Shown: positions 56,327-64,000 of the stretch, piece by piece
How the letters are laid out: each line of letters opens with the position of its first letter
Numbering within the stretch: the first letter of the stretch is position 1
Assembly: GCF_028464065.1 (NCBI RefSeq)
Contig: NZ_CP116808.1
Coordinates: forward strand, 1,135,886-1,199,885
From: Saprospira sp. CCB-QB6
GTDB taxonomy: Bacteria; Bacteroidota; Bacteroidia; Chitinophagales; Saprospiraceae
Reading direction: 5' to 3'
Length of the DNA: 64,000 nt
Notes under the pieces: generated by a model
Database searches by the model: none
The model's input: only the letters and a program-made list of their open reading frames with translations
Told to the model about the DNA's origin: nothing
Translations under genes and position numbers: made by a program

Positions 56327-56489
56327 TTTTGGGGCTGCCCCTCGCTTCGCTCAGGTCGGGCTGTGTCAGGGCTCGCTATTCGCTCGGCCCTGCGGCGGCT
56401 TTGCCGCCTTGGTCTGGCCTGCGGCCCCCCTTTTCCATCCCTCAGCCTGCGGCCCTTTGGGCCTGCTAGACCCAATTGGACCAAAAAAA
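56327..56489 (+). repeat. GC-rich structured interspersed element, copy 21 (subfamily I with AATTGGACCAAAAAAA tail)
   Basis: TTTTGGGGCTGCCCCtcgcttcgctcaggTCGGGCTGTgtcagGGCTCGCTATTCGCTCGGCCCTGCGgcggctttgccgcc...CCATCCCTCAGCCtgcggccctttgggcctgctagaccCAATTGGACCAAAAAAA. Confidence 0.9.
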
Positions 56490-56496
56490 GCCGAGC

Positions 56497-56530
56497 CTGC
56501 TCAAAGCAGACTCGACTTCACTTAATAACC
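56497..56530 (-). terminator. Probable terminator of hsp20 (minus strand); its T-run is the complement of the element's terminal A-run
   Basis: gagcctgct-caa-agcagactc hairpin; on the minus strand it is followed by GGCTTTTTTTGG. Confidence 0.4.
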
Positions 56531-56586
56531 CTAAAACCTTAACCTTTGGCTTAATTCACTTAAGCCTCTGGAAAACCAAAAAACGC

Positions 56587-57033
56587 TTACTTAACTCGAA
56601 TGCTGATCTTCTCCTTTTTGGGCTCCACTTTTTTAGGAACCTCTAATTGGAGAATACCATTTTCATAGCTAGCAGTGATATTTTCTAAGTCGTATTTATT
56701 GGATAAACGGAGCTTGCGCTCAAAGGTTGTGAAAGCGAACTCTCTTTGTCTAACTTTAACATTTTCAGGCAGTTCCTTAACATTTTTTTGCGCAGAGATA
56801 TGGAGGAGGTCCTTATCTAGCTCCAATTTAAAATCTTCTTTTTGGAAGCCAGGTGCGGCCAATTCTAGCAAAAGGCCAGTTTCCGTTTCAAAGACATTGA
56901 GCATAGGTTGTTGATGCGCTTGGTCTTGACCAAAAAATTGTTGTAGAGGTTCTTGCTTGAGCAGCTGTTCTAGCTCTTTGCCTAATTCATTAAAGGGAAA
57001 ACCGAAGAAGTGATTTGCTTTTGCGTTTTTCAT
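56587..57033 (-). CDS. Hsp20/alpha-crystallin family small heat-shock protein
   Basis: ACD motifs LLELAAPGFQKEDFKLELDKDLLHISAQK ... YENGILQLEVPKK. Confidence 0.9.
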   Translation of the reverse strand: MKNAKANHFFGFPFNELGKELEQLLKQEPLQQFFGQDQAHQQPMLNVFETETGLLLELAAPGFQKEDFKLELDKDLLHISAQKNVKELPENVKVRQREFAFTTFERKLRLSNKYDLENITASYENGILQLEVPKKVEPKKEKISIRVK

Positions 57034-57218
57034 AGCTGTATTATTTTCTTACTCTTTTAATATTTAAGCTGGCCTTGGGCCAGTATGTCTATCGAAGCTT
57101 CAACCTCTATTAGACAAGTTTGAGACCAAGGGCCAAAAAGAAGAAAATAAGTGCCATTTTGGCAGCTCACTTTAAAAAACACTGCCAAAATGGCAAAAAC
57201 GGTTTTAAATGGCTGTCA

Positions 57219-57404
57219 TTTTGGTCCAATTGCGGTTTTGCAGGGCGCGAAGCCGCCGCAAAGGAGCGCAGCGACGCGGCTGAGGGATGGAAAGTGGGGC
57301 GGCGCAGCCGCAGACCGAGCGGGCTTTGCCCGCGAAGGGCCGAGCGAATAGCGAGCCACGACACAGCCCGACCCGAGCGAAGCGAGGGGCAGCCCCAAAA
57401 AAAA
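57219..57404 (-). repeat. GC-rich structured interspersed element, copy 22 (subfamily I, long variant)
   Basis: TTTTGGTCCAATTGcgg...gagcgcagcgacgcGGCTGAGGGATGGaaagtggggcggcgcagccgcagaccgagcgggctttgcccgcgaaGGGCCGAGCGAATAGCGAGCcacgACACAGCCCGAcccgagcgaagcgaGGGGCAGCCCCAAAAAAAA. Confidence 0.9.
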
Positions 57405-57435
57405 TCCCCTCTCAAAATGAAAGGGGATCTTGATT

Positions 57436-59568
57436 TTATTTATTCAGCTTGATATAATCCTTTAGGATAAAGGCGACTTCTTCTAGATAGGCATCTTTTG
57501 CTAAGTTTTCGTGCCATTTCTTAAAGCTATTGGCCTTTGTGCTATCGCTAGCAATTTGGTCCTTATCGGCATTGAGGTTATAAATATTAAAGTCCTCAAT
57601 TTTGGGCATCATATCTTTGTAATGTTCGGCCTCTTTATCCGTTTGGGCCTGATGTGCCTCATAATCTTCAAGTTGAAGAGGATAAACAGTTTCTTCTTGT
57701 TGTTTTTCCAGCCATTTTCCGTGTTCTTCTAGCAGCTGAAAAGTTTTGCTTTTTTCTTGGCGTTTCTCGCTTTTGCTCAAGATTTTGGGCAAAGTCTTTA
57801 TCTTCTTTTTGTGATAGTTGGCGGGGTCAATTTCGGACCAAGCCATAGGATAATCCTCATCTTTTTCGCCCACTTTGAGGTAGCTATAGCTACCAGGCAA
57901 CACGATATCGGGTTCAACGCCTTTGAGCTGTGTAGAGCCGCCATTGATGCGATAAAACTTTTGAATAGTAATTTTGAGGCTACCTAGTGCGCCCAAATCT
58001 TTGTAGCGGGGCGGAACCACGGCATCGAGGTCCATAAAGCGTTGCACCGTTCCCTTACCAAAAGTAGAGGGGCTTGTGCCTACGATAATGGCGCGGCCAT
58101 AATCTTGCAAAGCGGCGGCCATAATTTCGGAAGCAGAAGCCGAGTACGCATTAACGAGGATAATCAATGGCCCTGTGTAGAGCGCTCCAGCATTCTGATC
58201 TTCTAATACGTACGGTCGATTATCTCGGCTTTTAACTTGAACCACAGGCCCTCGATCAATAAAAAGCCCCGTCATTTTAACTACATCGGAGAGTGATCCT
58301 CCACCATTAAAACGAAGGTCGATTACAATCCCATCAATATCTTCTTTAAGTAATTTTCGGACCTCTTCCTCTACATCAACAGCGCAGCGGCGACCTTTTG
58401 GATCTTGGAAATCGGCATAAAAGCTACGCAAATCGATCAAACCCATTTTTACATCGGCTGCTTTATGTTCGATAATTGCAGACTTAGCATAACTCTCTTC
58501 AAGGACGACTACATCTCGGATGATAGGAATAATTTTGGTTTCGCCGCTTGTTTTCTTCACCGTCAGGCGCACCTCGGTTCCTTTTTTTCCGCGAATCATA
58601 GGAAGTACATCATCAATGCGCATATCAACTACATTGACCGCCTCTTCGTTGCCCTGGGCTACCTTAATAATTTTGTCATTGACTTCTAGTTCACCTTGTT
58701 TCCAAGAAGCAGAACCTGGAACAATATTCACTACCTTAATATAGCCATCTTCTTGGCGCAGTTGGGCCCCTATTCCCTCCAATTTACCCGACATACGGAT
58801 ATTAAAATTCTCCTTTTCGAGTGGGGGAAAATAGCCAGAATGGGGTTCATGTGCATTCGCAAAAGCATTTACATAATTGGCAATGCGGTCATCTCGGCCA
58901 TCTTTTTTGATATTTTCGGACCATTCCCGATAGCTTTTGAGCAACTTTTCCCGCTCTTCTTTTTCAATCACTTCAAAGCTTTTAATACTATCTAGCTCTT
59001 CCCCCTTTTCTTGAGCCTTTTCTTGGCGCTCTAAGCGATCGTGTACCCGACCAAGCACTTGCAATTTAAGGTAATCGTGCCAACGAGCTTTAAGGGCTTC
59101 AGGACTATCTAAAAACTCTAATTTTTCGCCATCCATCTGAAACTCTCCTTTTTCAGCAAAGCTAAAAGGCTTCGCCAGAATTTCTTCATAATAGCCTTCT
59201 ACTTGCTTAATTCGTTGATCAAAGGTATTATTGACCAGATTAAAAAAGCTAAAATCGCCAGCTTGAGCTGCATCATCTAATTTGAATTTAAAATCTTCAA
59301 ACTTTTTGACATCATCGGCCAAGAAAAAACGCTTATTCAGGTCCATTCGCTTCAAATAAAGCGCATAAACTTTTTCCGAAAACTCATCATTGATGGCTTC
59401 AGGCGCATAATGATTGTAGCGCATGCTTTGCAGCACCACTTCAAGCAGCAGTTCTTCTCTATTCGAGAGATCCCCACTAATTTGGGGTTGGTTATTTTGC
59501 CCTTGCTGCCAACGGAAGGCAATCAGCAGGCTGCAAGCGGCAGTAATTAAGAGGAGTTTACGGATCAT
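57436..59568 (-). CDS. C-terminal processing peptidase (S41 family, tail-specific protease)
   Basis: PDZ region plus S41 catalytic LVNAYSASASEIMAAALQDYGRAIIVGTSPSTFGKGTVQ; DLRFNGGGS; 710 aa. Confidence 0.9.
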   Translation of the reverse strand: MIRKLLLITAACSLLIAFRWQQGQNNQPQISGDLSNREELLLEVVLQSMRYNHYAPEAINDEFSEKVYALYLKRMDLNKRFFLADDVKKFEDFKFKLDDAAQAGDFSFFNLVNNTFDQRIKQVEGYYEEILAKPFSFAEKGEFQMDGEKLEFLDSPEALKARWHDYLKLQVLGRVHDRLERQEKAQEKGEELDSIKSFEVIEKEEREKLLKSYREWSENIKKDGRDDRIANYVNAFANAHEPHSGYFPPLEKENFNIRMSGKLEGIGAQLRQEDGYIKVVNIVPGSASWKQGELEVNDKIIKVAQGNEEAVNVVDMRIDDVLPMIRGKKGTEVRLTVKKTSGETKIIPIIRDVVVLEESYAKSAIIEHKAADVKMGLIDLRSFYADFQDPKGRRCAVDVEEEVRKLLKEDIDGIVIDLRFNGGGSLSDVVKMTGLFIDRGPVVQVKSRDNRPYVLEDQNAGALYTGPLIILVNAYSASASEIMAAALQDYGRAIIVGTSPSTFGKGTVQRFMDLDAVVPPRYKDLGALGSLKITIQKFYRINGGSTQLKGVEPDIVLPGSYSYLKVGEKDEDYPMAWSEIDPANYHKKKIKTLPKILSKSEKRQEKSKTFQLLEEHGKWLEKQQEETVYPLQLEDYEAHQAQTDKEAEHYKDMMPKIEDFNIYNLNADKDQIASDSTKANSFKKWHENLAKDAYLEEVAFILKDYIKLNK

Positions 59569-59799
59569 AACTTATAGTTCGGTATAATTTATTAAGCCAG
59601 GGGCAAAAAAGAAGATAGCGTATTTTTGTTAAAATTTGCAGGCTACTTCTTCTATTGGGCTATAAAATAGGGCCATTCATTTTGCTTTAACAAATTTTAA
59701 TACGTTAGAACGATATTTTTAGTTGATTTTTTAGAAAAATTTGGGCCAAATCTATGCTGAAGTAGATAAAGCGCAACAATTTTGAGGAAAGGGCGCCTA

Positions 59800-59936
59800 T
59801 TTTGGGGCTGCCCCTCGCTTCGCTCGGGTCGGGCTGTATCGCAGCTCGCTATTCGCTCGGCCCTGCGCGGGCTTCGCCCGCTGGGTCTGGCCTACGGCCA
59901 CTGCTGTCCATCCCTCAGCCTGCGGCCCTTTGGGCC
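59800..59936 (+). repeat. GC-rich structured interspersed element, copy 23 (subfamily I)
   Basis: TTTTGGGGCTGCCCCtcgcttcgctcgggTCGGGCTGTatcgcaGCTCGCTATTCGCTCGGCCCTGCGcgggcttcgcccgc...GTCCATCCCTCAGCCtgcggccctttgggcc. Confidence 0.9.
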
Positions 59937-59998
59937 TATAAAACGCAAAAAGCCCCAATTTGCTTAAGCAAATTGGGGCAAATCAGATCAAACAAGAC

Positions 59999-60613
59999 CT
60001 ATTGTACCGTTTCGTTTAGTACTTGTAGGCGCTGAGAAACTTCTTGGCCAGCCTCATTATAAAGACGGAAAATATAATATCCATCTTCAAAGGTTTTAAG
60101 GTTAACAGCCTTATAATTATTACCTGGGGTTAGGCTCATCTTATTTTGAGCCACCAATTCGAGGCTTTGCGCCTCATAGATTTCAAATTCTAGTTCTTGA
60201 GCATCTTTAGCATTCACTCCAAAAAGAAAATAACCTTCTTGAACAGGTTCTGGAGACATACTCAAAGTTACTGGCAACTCCTTTTGTTTATTATCGGCTC
60301 CCATCAAGCTAGCCAATAAACGTTGGCTAAAAGCGGCATCACCTGCTTTTCGGTCAGCTTCTGCCAAAGCCTCTACTGGTTCTTTAAATACCTCTGCGGG
60401 AATTTGTCCTTCTGCTTGGGCCAAAGGCAAACGATCAAATTTTTCTACCACCAAAGTCTTTACATCTAGTTTGCCTCGTTGAGCAGACTCTGTAATGATT
60501 TTTTCGGTTTTAACTGCTGTAGTTGCACTGCCAGCAGCATTATCACAGTCACATTGACAGCCATAGGCTAGAAAAGCGATGGCAATAGGTAGGTAAATTG
60601 CTTTTTTAAACAT
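59999..60613 (-). CDS. Small lipoprotein-signal protein with T9SS-CTD-like C-terminal beta domain (paralog 1 of 4)
   Basis: Signal MFKKAIYLPIAIAFLAYGC; C-terminal FEIYEAQSLELVAQNKMSLTPGNNYKAVNLKTFEDGYYIFRLYNEAGQEVSQRLQV resembles Por-secretion tail. Confidence 0.6.
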   Translation of the reverse strand: MFKKAIYLPIAIAFLAYGCQCDCDNAAGSATTAVKTEKIITESAQRGKLDVKTLVVEKFDRLPLAQAEGQIPAEVFKEPVEALAEADRKAGDAAFSQRLLASLMGADNKQKELPVTLSMSPEPVQEGYFLFGVNAKDAQELEFEIYEAQSLELVAQNKMSLTPGNNYKAVNLKTFEDGYYIFRLYNEAGQEVSQRLQVLNETVQ

Positions 60614-60733
60614 CCTTCTTAATTTTAGGGCTAACGAACTATTTAAAATAAATTCATTTTAAGGAAAAAAAGAGCGTACTGTTCCACAGCCGCTCTTTTT
60701 AAAAATTGTTCAGACAAAAACAGCGTCTGAATA

Positions 60734-61276
60734 TTAGTCACGCTTGATAACGACTGTATTAGTCATTTCTTTACCAGCTTCATCTTTAAGCTTGAAGAAA
60801 TATTTACCTTCTTCTAGGCTAGATACTTTTAGTGCTTTGTAGTTATGACCTTGGTTGAGGCTAAATTTGTTGTTAGCGGCTAGCTCGAAACCTTCTTCAT
60901 CGTACATTTCGAACATAACATCTTTAGCTTCTTCTGCTTTAAGGCCAAAAACGAACATATCATCTACAGCTTTATCTTCCATAGTAAGTTCGATACCTGC
61001 AAGCTGATCTTCTTTTTCAGCAGACATCAAAGAGCTGTGAATATCATTTACAGCATCCTCGTTTTGTTTTGCACTAGCTTTTTTAGCTTCTACAACAAAA
61101 ACGTCTTCAGCAGTAATAGCAACATCTGCACCTTGAAACTGGACAGTTTGCACACCACGTGTACTGTTTACATTTTGGATATTTACAGCAGTAGCGGCCT
61201 GCTGGCTGTCAGAGCCACAAGAGCCCATAGTAAATAAAACAGCGGCAGCAAGGAGGAAGCTTGACAACTTTTTCAT
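60734..61276 (-). CDS. Small lipoprotein-signal protein with T9SS-CTD-like C-terminal domain (paralog 2)
   Basis: MKKLSSFLLAAAVLFTMGSC; C-terminal FEMYDEEGFELAANNKFSLNQGHNYKALKVSSLEEGKYFFKLKDEAGKEMTNTVVIKRD. Confidence 0.65.
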   Translation of the reverse strand: MKKLSSFLLAAAVLFTMGSCGSDSQQAATAVNIQNVNSTRGVQTVQFQGADVAITAEDVFVVEAKKASAKQNEDAVNDIHSSLMSAEKEDQLAGIELTMEDKAVDDMFVFGLKAEEAKDVMFEMYDEEGFELAANNKFSLNQGHNYKALKVSSLEEGKYFFKLKDEAGKEMTNTVVIKRD

Positions 61277-61442
61277 AAGAAGTGGTTTTAATGTGATAGT
61301 AAATAATAGGCATTGGCTGTTGAAGCCAATTGTTTTGGGGTATAATTGCTATTGAAACAAGGGGTTCAATTAGCGCTATATACCTTTATGACAATAATAC
61401 TGACTTTGTTACCTTTAAAGCCATTTTTTTTCAAAAAAAAGC

Positions 61443-61985
61443 TCAGACCTTCACTAAACCTAAATAGATTATTTCCAAAGAATTAGCCACAGTTAGAATA
61501 TAAGGTCCTTCTTCTAGGCTAGAGGTAGAAATAACTAGGTTTGTTTTTCCATTTTTAATGGGAATAGTTTCTTTGGCTAAGCGGTTAAAGCCATCTTGAT
61601 CAAAGAACTGTAGCTCTATATCGATTTCTTCTTCTGTTTCTAATTGCAAATAAAGACGATCTTGCCCTTCTTTCTTGTACGCCAATTGGATAGGGTTTTC
61701 AGCTAGTTCATTGGCTTTAGTCAATAATTCTCTTAGTTGTGCTTGACTTTTACTGGATAAGCTTCCCTTCCCTCTTAAAAAGAGTTTTACCTCTTTTAAT
61801 TTGGTATCTACCTCATCTAGTTGAGCTAATTGGGGAAAGTCTGAAAAATGGAGTTGATGTCCTCGTACACTACTATCTGCCTGCAAGCCTTCAATATTAA
61901 CTTCTGGGTTAGGCGTGCCCCCTGGTCCACAAGCAGTGACCAAAAAGAGCAGGACAAAATAAATAATACGATACTTTAGAAACAT
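61443..61985 (-). CDS. Small lipoprotein-signal protein, divergent paralog 3 (CTD-like end LEEGPYILTV)
   Basis: Start chosen at MFLKYRIIYFVLLFLVTAC; C-terminal IELQFFDQDGFNRLAKETIPIKNGKTNLVISTSSLEEGPYILTV. Confidence 0.55.
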   Translation of the reverse strand: MFLKYRIIYFVLLFLVTACGPGGTPNPEVNIEGLQADSSVRGHQLHFSDFPQLAQLDEVDTKLKEVKLFLRGKGSLSSKSQAQLRELLTKANELAENPIQLAYKKEGQDRLYLQLETEEEIDIELQFFDQDGFNRLAKETIPIKNGKTNLVISTSSLEEGPYILTVANSLEIIYLGLVKV

Positions 61986-62195
61986 TGGGAGTGGTTTTGT
62001 AGACCAGTTGTCTATGTTAGAAGTGTAGTTTAACAAGCTAGAGATCCCTCTCTTTTTAGACTGTCACTTAATAGCACTTCTAGGAGACTTAAATATAAGC
62101 ATATTTAACGAGCCTTTAAGGTATTTTAGCACAAAAAGGACAGCTTTTTAGTAGGCTGTCCTTTAGGCTCATCATTGGCTTATCTGGATAATAAA

Positions 62196-62738
62196 CTACT
62201 CTCTTTCAATAGAGAACATTTCATTCAATTCGGCTCCAGCTTGATTTTTAAGCTTAAAGTAGTACGTTCCTTCTTTTAGGCTACTGACTTTGATCGCTTT
62301 GTAGTTTTTGCCTTCTGTTACTTCGATGCTATTGTTGGCCGCTAGTTCAAAGCCCTCTTCATCATACATCTCAAAAGTGAGGTTTTCATCAGCATTTGAT
62401 TCTAGAGAAAAGGCAAAAATGTCATTGATAGGACCTTCGGCCATAGTCATTTTAACATCTAGTTTTTGGGCCTCATTTTCAGCTTTAGCTAAGGAACGCA
62501 TGATTCCCGTTACTGCCTCTTCATTTTGCTTATCTTTAGCTTTAAGGATAATCATATCCTCAGCTGCAATACTTACCGCATCGCCAGCAATGCTAAATTT
62601 TTGAGCACCACGAGTTTCTTCTAGATTGATGCTTGCGGCCATACTGCTCCCAGCCTTCTTGGCCAAGTCATCGCCACAACTACTCATTGTAAAAAGAACA
62701 ATTGCGCTGAAGAGGAATAGTAAATTGAGTTTCTTCAT
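62196..62738 (-). CDS. Small lipoprotein-signal protein with T9SS-CTD-like C-terminal domain (paralog 4)
   Basis: MKKLNLLFLFSAIVLFTMSSC; about 50% identical to paralog 2 (FEMYDEEGFELAANNSIEVTEGKNYKAIKVSSLKEGTYYFKLKNQAGAEL). Confidence 0.65.
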   Translation of the reverse strand: MKKLNLLFLFSAIVLFTMSSCGDDLAKKAGSSMAASINLEETRGAQKFSIAGDAVSIAAEDMIILKAKDKQNEEAVTGIMRSLAKAENEAQKLDVKMTMAEGPINDIFAFSLESNADENLTFEMYDEEGFELAANNSIEVTEGKNYKAIKVSSLKEGTYYFKLKNQAGAELNEMFSIERE

Positions 62739-62860
62739 GGTTGGTGTGATTTAAGAGTTGCTTTTTTAAAATTTTCTATTGATTTTACTATATTATATCG
62801 GTTGGGCTACTGCCAAACCGTCTAATATTCTAACATTTTCTCGTCCTAATATCAAAAATA

Positions 62861-63175
62861 ATGCAAAACCAAGATAAACAAGAACTTAATATTCAAATTT
62901 CTGAAGAAGTAGCTGATGGCATCTATTCTAACCTAGCTATTATCAGCCACTCTCCTGATGAGGTAGTTTTAGACTTCATTCGTTTGGTACCGAATATTGA
63001 TCATGCACGAGTGAAATCTCGTATATTAATGAGCCCTCATCATGCCAAGCGTTTGTTGGCCGCTTTGTCTGATAATCTACAGCGTTATGAGCAAGAATTT
63101 GGTCCCATTCAGGATCCAAGAAATCCTAGTCGAAATAGTAGTTTATCTTTTTCTGGCCCTAAAGGCCAAGCTTAA
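62861..63175 (+). CDS. DUF3467 family protein
   Basis: GIYSNLAIISHSPDEVVLDF motif typical of DUF3467; 104 aa. Confidence 0.65.
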   Translation: MQNQDKQELNIQISEEVADGIYSNLAIISHSPDEVVLDFIRLVPNIDHARVKSRILMSPHHAKRLLAALSDNLQRYEQEFGPIQDPRNPSRNSSLSFSGPKGQA

Positions 63176-63198
63176 ATTAATGCGCCCAAAATCAAGCC

Positions 63199-63226
63199 AA
63201 AAGCCCTTTTTAAGGGCTTTTTTTTA
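63199..63226 (+). terminator. Rho-independent terminator
   Basis: aaagccc-ttttta-agggcttt plus T8. Confidence 0.7.
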
Positions 63227-63240
63227 TGAGCTAAATTAGC

Positions 63241-63410
63241 CTTGGCAGGCGGCTTGGCCGCCGCAGAGGAGCGCAGCGACTCGACTGGCTGAGGGATGGA
63301 AAGTGGGGCGGCGAAGCCGCAGACCGAGCCAGCTTGCTGGCGAAGGGCCGAGCGATCAGCGAGCCACGACACAGCCCGACCCGCCCAAAGGGCGGGGCAG
63401 CCCCAAAAAA
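63241..63410 (-). repeat. GC-rich structured interspersed element, copy 24 (subfamily I, long variant; sister of copy 22)
   Basis: ...gagcgcagcgactcgactGGCTGAGGGATGGaaagtggggcggcgaagccgcagaccgagccagcttgctggcgaaGGGCCGAGCGATCAGCGAGCcacgACACAGCCCGAcccgcccaaagggcgGGGCAGCCCCAAAAAA. Confidence 0.9.
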
Positions 63411-63416
63411 TGATTA

Positions 63417-64000
63417 TTAATTGAATAAGCGCCAAGCAATAGAAAGGCGCAGCCAATTATTAGCTTCGGCATAGCGATAAGTGCTAAAGTAATTTTGGTT
63501 CTCCCAGAAATAGCTCAAATTCTGATAGTTGAGGCCAATTCGGAAGCGATAGACCTTGAGGACAAAAAAGGCATCTAACTGAGGATAAAAGCTGAGTTGC
63601 TGCTGATCTTGTAAGTAAAATTGGTTCCAAGTAGGGGCATAAGCTTGTGCATAGAAGGCTGTTTGATAGCGGAGGCGGAAGCCAAATTCCCAGCTTGCAT
63701 TTCGGAAATATTTGCCTTTGAAGTAGAGCTTTTGTTGAATTTGGCCTTGGGGTAAGGGCCAATATTTTTCGTTTCCATTGACCAATTGGCCCACTAAACG
63801 AGTTTCCGCATAAAAGCCTCGATAGTGTAGACTTTGTTTGAGTTCTAATTGAAGTAGTCCTAGGCCCACTTGCAACTGTTCAGGCTGGCCCGAAAGATTG
63901 TAGATAATGGGATTTTGGCGGAGAAAATATTGTGCTTTGAGGCTTCCCTCCTGCCCTTTCCAACTTAGGCCTAGGCCTAAATTTATTTCTTGACTTTGGC
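63417..64000 (-). CDS. Probable outer-membrane beta-barrel protein (N-terminus beyond window end)
   Basis: Frame open to position 64000; alternating aromatic/hydrophilic beta-strand pattern; C-terminal ...AWRLFN aromatic terminus. Confidence 0.45.
   Translation of the reverse strand, partial: QSQEINLGLGLSWKGQEGSLKAQYFLRQNPIIYNLSGQPEQLQVGLGLLQLELKQSLHYRGFYAETRLVGQLVNGNEKYWPLPQGQIQQKLYFKGKYFRNASWEFGFRLRYQTAFYAQAYAPTWNQFYLQDQQQLSFYPQLDAFFVLKVYRFRIGLNYQNLSYFWENQNYFSTYRYAEANNWLRLSIAWRLFN

Overview
A 64-kb chromosomal segment that looks Bacteroidota-like: T9SS C-terminal sorting domains on several large secreted proteins, a complete MoxR/DUF58/BatA-E aerotolerance operon, a bacillithiol BshB1-like deacetylase, and about 45-50% GC. 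I found about 45 protein genes and one tRNA-Leu(GAG). Identifiable genes include an S8 peptidase (5' partial), a 1885-aa beta-helix/SprB-repeat adhesin, Cry-DASH, MoxR, DUF58, BatA-E, a major-vault-protein homolog, an S9 peptidase, a secreted WD40-caspase fusion, YebC, ADH, GNAT, an M20 amidohydrolase, transaldolase/FSA, a hybrid sensor kinase, dnaX, OmpA, Hsp20, a C-terminal processing protease and four tandem small lipoprotein paralogs. The dominant non-genic signal is an extraordinarily dense family of 120-230 bp GC-rich, hairpin-modular interspersed elements: about 23 copies in 64 kb, present in nearly every intergenic gap. They fall into two subfamilies and begin TTTTGGGGC. They occur in both orientations and often abut terminator T-runs. 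Twice an inverted pair brackets a 41/42-bp tandem-repeat array, once a pair brackets the Cry-DASH gene, and once a head-to-head pair sits inside the Bat operon. Different copies carry different hairpin sequences with compensatory changes, implying selection on structure. Many six-frame ORF starts are artefactual N-terminal extensions into these stop-free GC-rich elements. Other notable features are a 760-bp gene-free region with four 44-bp palindromic tandem units and G5-tract hairpins upstream of a small orphan gene, and a bacterial major vault protein homolog with an upstream perfect palindrome.
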